A stretch of DNA of 59,389 nt, counting the filler, from a bacterium (lineage in GTDB: Bacteria > CLD3 > SB21): assembly GCA_013360215.1 (NCBI GenBank). It is 3 parts of 3 records of this genome, joined end to end, with 100 filler letters (N's around TTAATTAATTAA, not from the genome) between each part and the next. Parts side by side here need not be neighbours in the genome. Positions count along the whole stretch, not along the records: positions 35,198 to 59,389 come from JABWCP010000001.1; 2 more parts are not named here. The stretch is one strand, 5' to 3'. Every line of letters begins with the position of its first letter. The stretch's first letter is position 1. Positions 50,853 to 59,389 of the stretch are shown in pieces. Position numbers and translations under genes: made by a program. The notes under the pieces are model-generated. The model was not told where the DNA came from. It saw only the letters and a list, made by a program, of their open reading frames with translations, and did not search any database.

Positions 50853-51731
50853 ATGGTAAATGATGAAAAACTAAAAGAAGTCGTTCGTGAAAAATACGGT
50901 CAGATTGCGCTGACCACATTGAACGACAATGCCGGTTCATGCTGCGGCGTCGGTGGCTGTGGCACTATCGATTACAATATCATGAATGAAGATTATTCAC
51001 AGCTTGATGGTTACAATCCCGATGCCGATCTCGGTTTGGGGTGCGGTATCCCGACAGAATTTGCACAAATCCGTGCGGGCCAGACCGTCGTGGATCTGGG
51101 CTCCGGTGCAGGTAACGATGCTTTTGTTGCCCGTAAATTGGTTGGACCGTCCGGCTTTGTTATCGGCGTGGATATGACGCCTGCTATGATTGATCGTGCG
51201 CGTCAGAATAATGAAAAACTGGGTTATAAGAATGTCGAATTTCGCCTGGGTGAAATAGAAAATATGCCTGTGGCTTCAAACAGCGTGGATGTCGTCGTGA
51301 GTAACTGTGTACTCAATCTTGTACCGAATAAACTCAATGCCTTTGCGGAAGTACATCGTATTATGAAACCCGGCGCACGTTTCTCTATTTCGGATATCGT
51401 ATTGGACGGCAAACTTCCGGCCAATATCGCTAAAGCGGCCGAAATGTATGCCGGTTGCGTTTCCGGTGCGATTCAGAAACACGAATATATTGATATCGTC
51501 CGTAAACTCGGTTTCACGGATATTCAGTTAGTCAAGGATCGAGAAATAAACTTGCCGGATGATATTTTGGCTCCGTATCTGAATAAAGAAGAAATTGCTG
51601 AATTTCGTAAATCCGGTGCGCGCGTCGTAAGCATCACGGTAGTAGCACAAAAAAGTACTCAAGTGCAAACCGGTTGTTGCTCGGATGGCAATGTAGCCAA
51701 ATCCAAAGCCGGCGGTTGCGGCTGTAATTAG
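50853..51731 (+). CDS. arsM: Arsenite S-adenosylmethionine methyltransferase
   Basis: VRE.YG.IA, SCCG, LGLGCG.P, DLGSGAG.D, GVDMT, SNCVLNL, GCV.GA, Cys-rich tail; AAGGAG RBS. Confidence 0.93.
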   Translation: MVNDEKLKEVVREKYGQIALTTLNDNAGSCCGVGGCGTIDYNIMNEDYSQLDGYNPDADLGLGCGIPTEFAQIRAGQTVVDLGSGAGNDAFVARKLVGPSGFVIGVDMTPAMIDRARQNNEKLGYKNVEFRLGEIENMPVASNSVDVVVSNCVLNLVPNKLNAFAEVHRIMKPGARFSISDIVLDGKLPANIAKAAEMYAGCVSGAIQKHEYIDIVRKLGFTDIQLVKDREINLPDDILAPYLNKEEIAEFRKSGARVVSITVVAQKSTQVQTGCCSDGNVAKSKAGGCGCN

Positions 51732-51739
51732 AAAAAAGA

Positions 51740-51863
51740 AAAAGGCTGTTTGGCATGCGCTCTCATATTCAATAATGAGAGGCTTGTATTCACAAAAATT
51801 TTGCAATTTGATATTAAAAATAATCTATGCAAAGCTTCGATGTGAACTGTCAAACAGCCTTTT
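51740..51863. repeat. ~125-bp element bounded by 16-bp inverted repeats (MITE-like or long hairpin)
   Basis: aaaaggctgtttggca ... tgtcaaacagcctttt (1 mismatch); internal hairpin ctctcat...atgagag. Confidence 0.55.
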
Positions 51864-51879
51864 CTATTTCTACAATCTA

Positions 51880-52248
51880 CTACTTACCTGTACGTGCTTT
51901 GATAAAAGAATGTACACACAAGGCTACAAATACAATACAAAGCATGGCCATAACAGCTTGAAATGTCACGGCTATAGGCCTTTCAACTTCCGTACCGCCT
52001 AACATTGCAATAAATCTAAGCATGCCTTTGAATGTGCCGATGATGCCCAATAATCCCAGTATTGCGGCGGCGTGCATAAGATGTTTACGCATGGATTCTT
52101 TTTGCATAGCTATCCAGCCTAAGAGCACAAACGCAATTCCGAAAATAGACGGAATAAGCGCTGTAGTGCTGGACATACCGCTTGCAACATACCCTGCTAT
52201 ACCGATTGCAAAAAGCAACCAACCAAAATTGAAAGTGATACGAGGCAT
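51880..52248 (-). CDS. Small four-TM membrane protein (TMEM14-like)
   Basis: G..GY..SG..S.TALIP..FG, KH.MH.A, SF..AR. Confidence 0.75.
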   Translation of the reverse strand: MPRITFNFGWLLFAIGIAGYVASGMSSTTALIPSIFGIAFVLLGWIAMQKESMRKHLMHAAAILGLLGIIGTFKGMLRFIAMLGGTEVERPIAVTFQAVMAMLCIVFVALCVHSFIKARTGK

Positions 52249-52256
52249 AAATCTCC

Positions 52257-53645
52257 TTAGGATGGGTTAATCATTTTTTCGGGACGAACAACTTCATCAA
52301 ATTTTTCAGACGTTAACAAACCCAATTGAATTGCCGCTTCTTTGAGGGTGATATTATCATGAAACGCCTTCTTAGCGACTTTGGCCGCATTATCATAACC
52401 GATATGCGGATTTAAAGCGGTAACTAACATGAGGGAGTTATCCAGATGTTTTTTGATCACATTGGTGTTGGGTTCAATACCGACTGCACAATGTTCATTA
52501 AACGAATCGCAGGCGTCACCAAGTAAACGAATTGAATTCAGAAGATTAAAAATCAGTACCGGTTTATATACGTTTAGTTCAAAATTACCTGAAGCGCCGG
52601 CAACATTGATCGCGGCATCATTACCCATCACTTGTGCACACACCATGGTCATAGCTTCGCACTGCGTGGGATTGACTTTACCGGGCATGATGGAACTTCC
52701 TGGTTCATTATCCGGTATAGATATTTCACCGATCCCACAGCGCGGGCCGGAAGCCAGCCACCGTACGTCATTGGCTATTTTCATCAGCGATGCCGCCAAT
52801 GTTTTAGTTGCGCCGCTCGCAAACACGATCGCATCATGCGCCGCTAATGCTTCAAACTTATTCGGCGCACTGCGAAACGGCAGGCCCGTAATTTGTGCGA
52901 TATGTTTTGCACCGGTTTCGGCAAACTTAGGATGCGTATTAAGCCCTGTTCCGACCGCCGTACCACCCAAAGCCAGTTCGTATAATCCGTCGAGTACATG
53001 CTCAAGTCGTTTGACATTGTTATCCAGTTGTTGGACATAACCGGAAAACTCCTGCCCCAGGGTCAACGGAACAGCATCCATGAGGTGGGTGCGTCCGATT
53101 TTGATCACATCTTTAAACGCATCCGACTTTTGTTGGAGTGTCGTGCGAAGCAATTTTACTTTGGGAATCAAGTGATGCACGATGCGTTCTGCGGAGGCGA
53201 TATGCATGGCCGTCGGAAATGTATCATTGGACGACTGGGCTTTATTTACATCATCATTAGGATGAATGGGTTTTTTACTGCCCATCGTGCCGCCGGAAAT
53301 TTCAATAGCGCGATTGGAAATCACCTCATTTGCATTCATATTGGTTTGTGTGCCGCTTCCCGTCTGCCATACAACCAAAGGAAAATGATCATCCAACTTT
53401 CCGGCAATCACTTCTTCACAGGCTTTGATAATCAATTCGGCTTTATCTTTGGTCAACGCCCCCAATTCCTGATTGGCCATCGCGGCAGATTTTTTCAAAA
53501 TGCCGAGTGCACGTATCATTTCACGCGGAAAGCGATCGCCGCCTATTTTAAAATTGGAAAGTGAGCGCGCCGTTTGAGCGCCATAATAACGATCCGACGG
53601 GACTTGTACTTCACCCATGCTGTCGGTTTCAATTCGAAAACTCAT
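52257..53645 (-). CDS. fumC: Class II fumarate hydratase
   Basis: [53 protein letters not shown]. Confidence 0.98.
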   Translation of the reverse strand: MSFRIETDSMGEVQVPSDRYYGAQTARSLSNFKIGGDRFPREMIRALGILKKSAAMANQELGALTKDKAELIIKACEEVIAGKLDDHFPLVVWQTGSGTQTNMNANEVISNRAIEISGGTMGSKKPIHPNDDVNKAQSSNDTFPTAMHIASAERIVHHLIPKVKLLRTTLQQKSDAFKDVIKIGRTHLMDAVPLTLGQEFSGYVQQLDNNVKRLEHVLDGLYELALGGTAVGTGLNTHPKFAETGAKHIAQITGLPFRSAPNKFEALAAHDAIVFASGATKTLAASLMKIANDVRWLASGPRCGIGEISIPDNEPGSSIMPGKVNPTQCEAMTMVCAQVMGNDAAINVAGASGNFELNVYKPVLIFNLLNSIRLLGDACDSFNEHCAVGIEPNTNVIKKHLDNSLMLVTALNPHIGYDNAAKVAKKAFHDNITLKEAAIQLGLLTSEKFDEVVRPEKMINPS

Positions 53646-53663
53646 GTCGTATTTCTCCTGAAT

Positions 53664-54206
53664 TTAATCGCAGTTATTTTCGGTTTCATACCATGTGCGT
53701 TTGCACGCACCGGCATCATCTTTGGTAAAATATAAAACAATAATTTTCCCGTTAAGGCATGTCTCAAATCCACCTATGCATGTGGTTAACGCATGATGAT
53801 CTTTATCGTTTTTGACTGCTTGCACATCAAGCATAGCATTGAGCTGGGTCAATACTTCCGTATCCGTTATTTCTTTACGAATAGTGCGCGTAACCCCGCC
53901 CGGCAGTAAAAGAGTATTATTTTCTTTATTGAACGGCAAATAATCGGCCCATTGACCCATCTTTTTCAGATTAGCACGCACTTTGCGCAGCTCATCTTTA
54001 GATTTTTCATTTTCGTCTTTCTTCTTGGCCAGTTCATCGGCGGCCATCTGGGGGGCATTTTGAGTATTAGCCAAATTTTCTTTTGCTTTTTCCGTTTTAG
54101 CACGCGCTTCATCCAGTTTGCTCATATCTGATTGAGTTGCTTTTTTGGGGCCACACGAAGATACGATCACAGCGATAACCGTCAATAATACTATGAATGA
54201 TTTCAT
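53664..54206 (-). CDS. Hypothetical lipoprotein
   Basis: Lipobox VSSC, coiled coil, Cys-containing C-terminal domain; GGAG RBS. Confidence 0.7.
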   Translation of the reverse strand: MKSFIVLLTVIAVIVSSCGPKKATQSDMSKLDEARAKTEKAKENLANTQNAPQMAADELAKKKDENEKSKDELRKVRANLKKMGQWADYLPFNKENNTLLLPGGVTRTIRKEITDTEVLTQLNAMLDVQAVKNDKDHHALTTCIGGFETCLNGKIIVLYFTKDDAGACKRTWYETENNCD

Positions 54207-54245
54207 ATTTATTTCTCCATAAAATAATGTATAAACATACTGGTT

Positions 54246-54623
54246 CTAGGACTCTATTTCTAATACTATTTTTAACCTACGAAGCAAATCCGACACCTCT
54301 TCTTCGCGAATATAACGGAAATCAAGATGAAATGAATTTTGTGAAATATATCCCATAATGGACGGTTGGCCTGAAGCGAGGCGATCATAGATTTCCGCAG
54401 GCGATATCCGCGAAGATTGTATTTTGATGGCAACACTGTCATGAAGCCCGTCTAAAGAATGAATCTCCTCAAGGGTACAAGACATATTGATTTTATTACG
54501 AAAAGCTACGTACACCTGAATCGCTCCATCACGGCAGGCCTCTGATGAAGACCCATCGCCGATGATCCCCGATTGTTCGATACCGTGTAGTGATGCCCCC
54601 GTTCCATTGATTATTTGATTCAT
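54246..54623 (-). CDS. Small protein resembling the SelA N-terminal motif joined to the SelA C-terminal domain
   Basis: IINGTG.SLH (cf. SelA VINATG..LH) and L....P.I.G.I.....HLDFR.I.EEE (cf. SelA C-terminal P.IGRI....L.LDLR). Confidence 0.55.
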   Translation of the reverse strand: MNQIINGTGASLHGIEQSGIIGDGSSSEACRDGAIQVYVAFRNKINMSCTLEEIHSLDGLHDSVAIKIQSSRISPAEIYDRLASGQPSIMGYISQNSFHLDFRYIREEEVSDLLRRLKIVLEIES

Positions 54624-54644
54624 TCGTATTGTCCGATAAAATTT

Positions 54645-56726
54645 TTATTCTCTGATCGTTGGCAATGAAAATTCCACATCGCTGTCCGTCGAATCATGCA
54701 GGGCATAGTCTTTAATCCATCGTTGTGCCGAACCGCGCACCGTAAATGTAACCGGAATGGCCGCCTGCATAGCCACTGAATCTATTACTTTTTTATCTTC
54801 CAGCATACGCACGATCAGGTTCATAAAATCCTGGTGCTTCTTTTTGGATTTGCCGGATTCGAAATAGCGTTCATACTTTTTGGGATTAGGCAATATCGTA
54901 GCCAAAAACGCGGCCTCTGGTACCGTCAATTCTTTCGGCTTTTTCTTAAAATAAAATTCCGCCGCGTGCGCGATGCCGTGCACATCGGGCCCCCACTCTA
55001 CGATATTGAGGTATATCTCCATCAATCGTTTTTTATGTTTTTCTTTGTTTTTTTTCAGCGAATCCAGCGCCAGGTCGTGATTCATCAGCCAGGTTATCAT
55101 CATTTCTTGGAATTTGCGGCTAATCGTTTTTTCACGGCTCAGAAAAATATTCTTAACCAGTTGCATCGAAATCGTACTGGCACCGCGTGCGAATTTTTTT
55201 TCACGGATATTATCCCGCATAGAACGTTCGATCTGAAGCACATTGAATCCGTCATTTTTGAAAAAGGAATTATCTTCACACGCAATGACAGCCTGCATAA
55301 CCAACGGCGGTATGCTGTCGTACGGCATGTAGTATGCATTTAGCGGACCAACCCATATCATGCTGTCCTTTTCCATCTCGGTTTTAAAATGGTACAAAAA
55401 CGTGTCGCGCAATGCGTAAACATGAATGGAATCGCCGTACGTTTCCACTTTAAAATCGCTGCTGATATGCAATGCGGGATCAAACCGGATGCTGTCAATC
55501 TGCGCCAAATCAAGTCGAAACCGTGTTTGGTAGTCAAATTGACCTTTTACACGCATTCCGTCTAAGCGACGTATTATCGGCTTAGGTATCGAACTTAAAA
55601 AATCATCCATTGTTGTGGGCGGCATTCTCATCGTGACGTCCCACACGGGAAATTTTCTAAATGGTTTGGCTACACCGGAGAAAAAGGCATGAATCGTATT
55701 GAGGTAAACCCGTGTTTCGGGGTGAATAATGATACTGTCCGGGTCCGCTGTAATATGAAGATCAAAACCGACGTTAATATCTTTTAGTTTTTCATCTGAA
55801 AGCGATTCCGATACAATATCGAGGTTTTGAATATCCAGTTTGGCTTTGAGCGTATTCTGATTACCGTATCCTTCGATGCTGTGTATTTTAAATTCAACGC
55901 CCTTGAGCGCAATCACGGCATCGGTCCAATTTTCCAAAAAAGGAATTCGGAAATCGGAATCAAAAAAACTTTTGACATAAAGCGCATGATCTTGGTGATC
56001 CATGGTGCCGGATATCGTAACACCATTTTTTTGTTTTCCGCGATATACCGTACCGGTCAGATCAAATTCAGCATCCCGAAACAGGCTTTCTTTAAGGCTG
56101 ATGTGCATCTCATCCAGCCGCAGGCTTTCACCCCATTCGGATACCGGTTTACGTTTCTTCCACACCGTTCGTTCTTCGAGATGAATCCATGATGCGTGGC
56201 GGATTTCTATTGACGGTAATTTCTTGTCCAGATACGCCGTCACCCAGCGTTCGATCAGATTCACTTGCGGCTTGGCATTGGTGTCGACCGGAATGTTTTG
56301 ACCTCGCCACGATTGCCAAAATTGCAGCCAATTATTCTGACCGTCCAAACTGCGTGTAGAAACAATATGAACCGAGTCCATCTGCAACGCGCGGATATAA
56401 TTACCGGTGAGAAATCCCCAAAGATAAAAATCCAATGTCACTCGCTCTAATCGCAGCAATTCTTTATAACCGGAAGCATGCGATGAATCACCGATCAGTA
56501 CAAGCGACTGCACGGTTAATCGAGAGGCGGCCGGAAAATCAAGGCTGTCGATCATTACACGGTAACCCGTGCGTGCAGCAAGGCGATCCGCCGTTTCGGA
56601 TATTTTAGTTCGGATCATATAATGCGCAAGTTGGGGCGCTCCGAACACGGCGGTGAGAATAAATACTAAAAGAAACGCCGTTACATGTATTTTATAACGG
56701 CGCCATTTTTCCAAATTCATGAACAC
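54645..56726 (-). CDS. Peptidoglycan transglycosylase (GT51) with long N-terminal AsmA-like region
   Basis: ED..F, RGASTISMQLVKN, RK.QE, K.RLMEIYLN.VEWG, A..YF; no transpeptidase domain. Confidence 0.88.
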   Translation of the reverse strand: MFMNLEKWRRYKIHVTAFLLVFILTAVFGAPQLAHYMIRTKISETADRLAARTGYRVMIDSLDFPAASRLTVQSLVLIGDSSHASGYKELLRLERVTLDFYLWGFLTGNYIRALQMDSVHIVSTRSLDGQNNWLQFWQSWRGQNIPVDTNAKPQVNLIERWVTAYLDKKLPSIEIRHASWIHLEERTVWKKRKPVSEWGESLRLDEMHISLKESLFRDAEFDLTGTVYRGKQKNGVTISGTMDHQDHALYVKSFFDSDFRIPFLENWTDAVIALKGVEFKIHSIEGYGNQNTLKAKLDIQNLDIVSESLSDEKLKDINVGFDLHITADPDSIIIHPETRVYLNTIHAFFSGVAKPFRKFPVWDVTMRMPPTTMDDFLSSIPKPIIRRLDGMRVKGQFDYQTRFRLDLAQIDSIRFDPALHISSDFKVETYGDSIHVYALRDTFLYHFKTEMEKDSMIWVGPLNAYYMPYDSIPPLVMQAVIACEDNSFFKNDGFNVLQIERSMRDNIREKKFARGASTISMQLVKNIFLSREKTISRKFQEMMITWLMNHDLALDSLKKNKEKHKKRLMEIYLNIVEWGPDVHGIAHAAEFYFKKKPKELTVPEAAFLATILPNPKKYERYFESGKSKKKHQDFMNLIVRMLEDKKVIDSVAMQAAIPVTFTVRGSAQRWIKDYALHDSTDSDVEFSLPTIRE

Positions 56727-56733
56727 ACTTTCT

Positions 56734-58041
56734 TCAGAGCAAAATTCCGCCGATCGTTCCGGTTAATAATGTCGCTAATGCACCGCCGAGCACAGCCCGC
56801 AATCCAAGGGCCGCAATATCTTTTCGACGCTCCGGCGCCAATGGTGATATACCGCCGATCTGAATAGCTATCGAAGAAAAATTGGCAAAGCCGCATAACG
56901 CAAACGTAGCAATCATGATGGATTTATCCGAAGTAAGCAGCCCGCTTTTGATCATGCCGGCCATATCGGAGTACGCGACAAATTCGTTTAATGCGATTTT
57001 CGTTCCAAGTAAACTGCCGACCTGCATGGCTTCACTCCACGGCACACCGGAAATAAACGCGATCGGCGCAAGAACATAACCAAAAATCATTTGTAGGGAT
57101 AGATCCGGAACCGCAATAAGCCCGCCGATCCATCCGGCTAAACCATTAATCAAAGCGATCAACGCGATAAAAGCTAAAAGCATGCCGGCGACATTGAGCG
57201 CCAGTTGCAAGCCATCGGCCGCTCCGCCGGCCGCAGCTTCGATCACATTGGATGCATTTTTTTCAACATCCATTTTGACGGAACCTTTCGTCACAGGTTC
57301 CTCCACTTCCGGAAAAATAATTTTAGAAATCAATAACCCGGCCGGGGCTGCCATAATACTTGCGCCGAGGAGCTGTGTCGCAAATAATATCTGACCTTGT
57401 TCGACACCTACGCCATGCACTTCGGCATACGATTTACCCAGCATCTGGATATAGGCGGCCATCACACCACCGGCAATCGTTGCCATACCCCCGACCATGA
57501 TGGTGTACAGTTCTGAATTGGTCATGGTCTTGATAAATGGTCGAATCATAAGCGGCGCTTCGGTTTGACCGACAAAAATATTCGCTGTATTGGAAAGCGA
57601 TTCCGCTCCGCTCGTGCCCATCAGTTTGGCCATTACCCAAGCCATACCTTGCACTACTTTTTGCATGATACCGAGATAATAAAGAACCGACATTAGCGAA
57701 GAAAAGAAAATGATCGTAGGTAAAACTTGAAACACAAAAAAGAAACCCATGCTGCCTTCCGTTCCCGGGCTCAATGCGAGATTTCCAAAAACAAATTGTG
57801 CACCTTTAGTCGTATAACCTAAGATCGCAACAATGCCGGCGCCTATTTTTTCAAATCCTACGGCTACGAGATTAAATGGAAATCCTAAAGCATGGCCTTT
57901 GATCACAAGTATGCCAAAGACGATCTGGATTAAAAAACCCATGCCAACCAATCGCCAGTTTACCCGCTTTTTGTTATTACTGACCAAAAAAGCAATACCG
58001 ATGATCGCTGCTACACCGAGAAGTCCCGTAAATCGCTCCAT
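56734..58041 (-). CDS. NupC/CNT-family nucleoside transporter
   Basis: VLP.IIFFS.L, ANIFVGQTEAP, GGMATIAGGV, NEFVAY, ALCGFANFSSIAI.IG. Confidence 0.94.
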   Translation of the reverse strand: MERFTGLLGVAAIIGIAFLVSNNKKRVNWRLVGMGFLIQIVFGILVIKGHALGFPFNLVAVGFEKIGAGIVAILGYTTKGAQFVFGNLALSPGTEGSMGFFFVFQVLPTIIFFSSLMSVLYYLGIMQKVVQGMAWVMAKLMGTSGAESLSNTANIFVGQTEAPLMIRPFIKTMTNSELYTIMVGGMATIAGGVMAAYIQMLGKSYAEVHGVGVEQGQILFATQLLGASIMAAPAGLLISKIIFPEVEEPVTKGSVKMDVEKNASNVIEAAAGGAADGLQLALNVAGMLLAFIALIALINGLAGWIGGLIAVPDLSLQMIFGYVLAPIAFISGVPWSEAMQVGSLLGTKIALNEFVAYSDMAGMIKSGLLTSDKSIMIATFALCGFANFSSIAIQIGGISPLAPERRKDIAALGLRAVLGGALATLLTGTIGGILL

Positions 58042-58100
58042 GTGCACTCCCGAAGTTATTTATTATTAAAACACATCACTGTAATTCTAATTTCGCCGAC

Positions 58101-58472
58101 CTAAACCGGAATTAATTTTTTCAACTCTTCCAACGATTCAAGATAAACCCTGTCTAATTCTGAAATTTTTTCAGAGGCTTCTTGCAAACGATTCTCTTTA
58201 CCTAAAACTTCTATGGTTTGACAAATTTCTGCAAGATGTTTTGCGCCTAAATTAGCGCTGGAACCTTTGAGGCTGTGTGCTTCATGACTTAAACTCAATC
58301 CGTCATGCTGTTCCAGAAATAATTTAATTTTAGCAATACTGGGCGGCGCATTTTTTTGAAACAAATTTAATAATTCTTTGAAAAGCGCACCCTTCCCGCG
58401 TTTGCCGACATTCAGCAATTGTTCGATCATTGCGTATTCGATGAGATCTGTGCGATGATGTGGAACTGCCAT
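58101..58472 (-). CDS. Stand-alone Hpt phosphotransfer protein
   Basis: AHSLKGSSANLGA..L...C..IE. Confidence 0.9.
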   Translation of the reverse strand: MAVPHHRTDLIEYAMIEQLLNVGKRGKGALFKELLNLFQKNAPPSIAKIKLFLEQHDGLSLSHEAHSLKGSSANLGAKHLAEICQTIEVLGKENRLQEASEKISELDRVYLESLEELKKLIPV

Positions 58473-58499
58473 GCGCTAAGGTACGTTTTAAATATAAAT

Positions 58500-59111
58500 T
58501 TACCGCTTGTTATTATTCACCAACGTATCGAATAATGCTTCTACTTTTCGATTAAGATCAACCAAAGATGTATTGTTGGTCAACACATAATCGGCGCGAC
58601 GTTCTTTTTCTTCGATCGGCATTTGTGCACGTATGCGCAACATCGCGTCTTCCGATTGAATCTGATCCCGTGCCATTATCCGTGTCATGCGTATTTTTTC
58701 ATCCGCCGTCACGACGATCACCTTGTCAAAGGTATCGGCTATCTCGGCTTCATAAATCAATGCGGCATCTACCAATATCATCGGCGGATTATTTTTTTGC
58801 GTCTCATCAATCCGAGCACGCATGGCTTGCAGTAAATGCGGATGCACGATGGCGTTGAGTTGTTTGACACGTTCGGGATTTGAAAAAACAAACGTCCCCA
58901 ACAGTTGTCGTTGCAAGCGGCCCTGAAAATCAAAAAAAGCTTCACCAAACGCGCGTCGTATTTCCGATCGAACCGCCGCATCCGACTCCACGACATGACG
59001 GCCAAGCCGATCGGCATCAATCACTATCGCACCGAGCCGTTCAAAAATACGCGCTACTTCCGTTTTGCCGCATCCGATACCTCCGGTGAGACCGATCAAG
59101 GGTGAACTCAT
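58500..59111 (-). CDS. coaE: Dephospho-CoA kinase
   Basis: IGLTGGIGCGKT, IDAD, LNAIVHP, D.AL..E, RI.AQ, ADYV..N; start MSSPLIG. Confidence 0.95.
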   Translation of the reverse strand: MSSPLIGLTGGIGCGKTEVARIFERLGAIVIDADRLGRHVVESDAAVRSEIRRAFGEAFFDFQGRLQRQLLGTFVFSNPERVKQLNAIVHPHLLQAMRARIDETQKNNPPMILVDAALIYEAEIADTFDKVIVVTADEKIRMTRIMARDQIQSEDAMLRIRAQMPIEEKERRADYVLTNNTSLVDLNRKVEALFDTLVNNNKR

Positions 59112-59260
59112 TGCATTCCTGATTTGATGACATCCAGACGTGCGGTTAAAACTACCAAAACACAGGATGACTATCAATAGCCGTGATATGAAAAAATCTT
59201 TTGTTTAAATTTTTTTAAAATCGTATTCTCTATAAAAATTTAACCAATTCTTATTTATCC

Positions 59261-59389
59261 GTGATTGATTTACGCAGCGATACGGTAACCCAGCCTTCAC
59301 CGGCTATGCGGGATGCGATGGCCTCTGCCAAGGTTGGCGACGACGTCTTCGGAGAAGATCCGACAGTTAATGCCTTACAGGAAGCTGTG
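59261..59389 (+). CDS. ltaE: Low-specificity L-threonine aldolase, 5' part running off the window
   Basis: GTG start: [43 protein letters not shown]. Confidence 0.92.
   Translation, partial: MIDLRSDTVTQPSPAMRDAMASAKVGDDVFGEDPTVNALQEAV

Overview
Bacterial chromosomal scaffold segment. It probably comes from an FCB-group lineage outside the Bacteroidia, inferred from the PorX-like and PorV-like proteins and an Ignavibacteria/KSB1-style secreted protein. It is mostly housekeeping: dnaE, dnaX, ffs, three tRNAs, nadK, hflX, purL, corA, fumC, coaE, ltaE, ppx/sixA/CHAD, arsR-arsM and ferritin. Two 100-bp assembly gaps carry a TTAATTAATTAA linker (18027-18126, 35098-35197), so adjacency across them is unproven. 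Six items stand out. (1) At the left edge, an IntI-like tyrosine recombinase lacking the integron-specific insert ends in ~37-bp-phased direct repeats, a GTT core and a co-oriented AT-rich gene, a candidate non-canonical integron platform. (2) A 9 x ~105-bp tandem array of REP-like hairpins lies inside an operon (6451-7401). (3) dnaX is split at an A10 run, so the long form needs -1 recoding. (4) A membrane RsbW-kinase/HAMP/PP2C fusion ends in a transposase-like double HTH and is co-transcribed with a PorV-TPR protein. (5) A 125-aa 'mini-SelA' lacks the PLP domain. (6) A tandem ThyX has its signature motif split between the two halves. All product calls come from motif recognition by eye; no searches were run.
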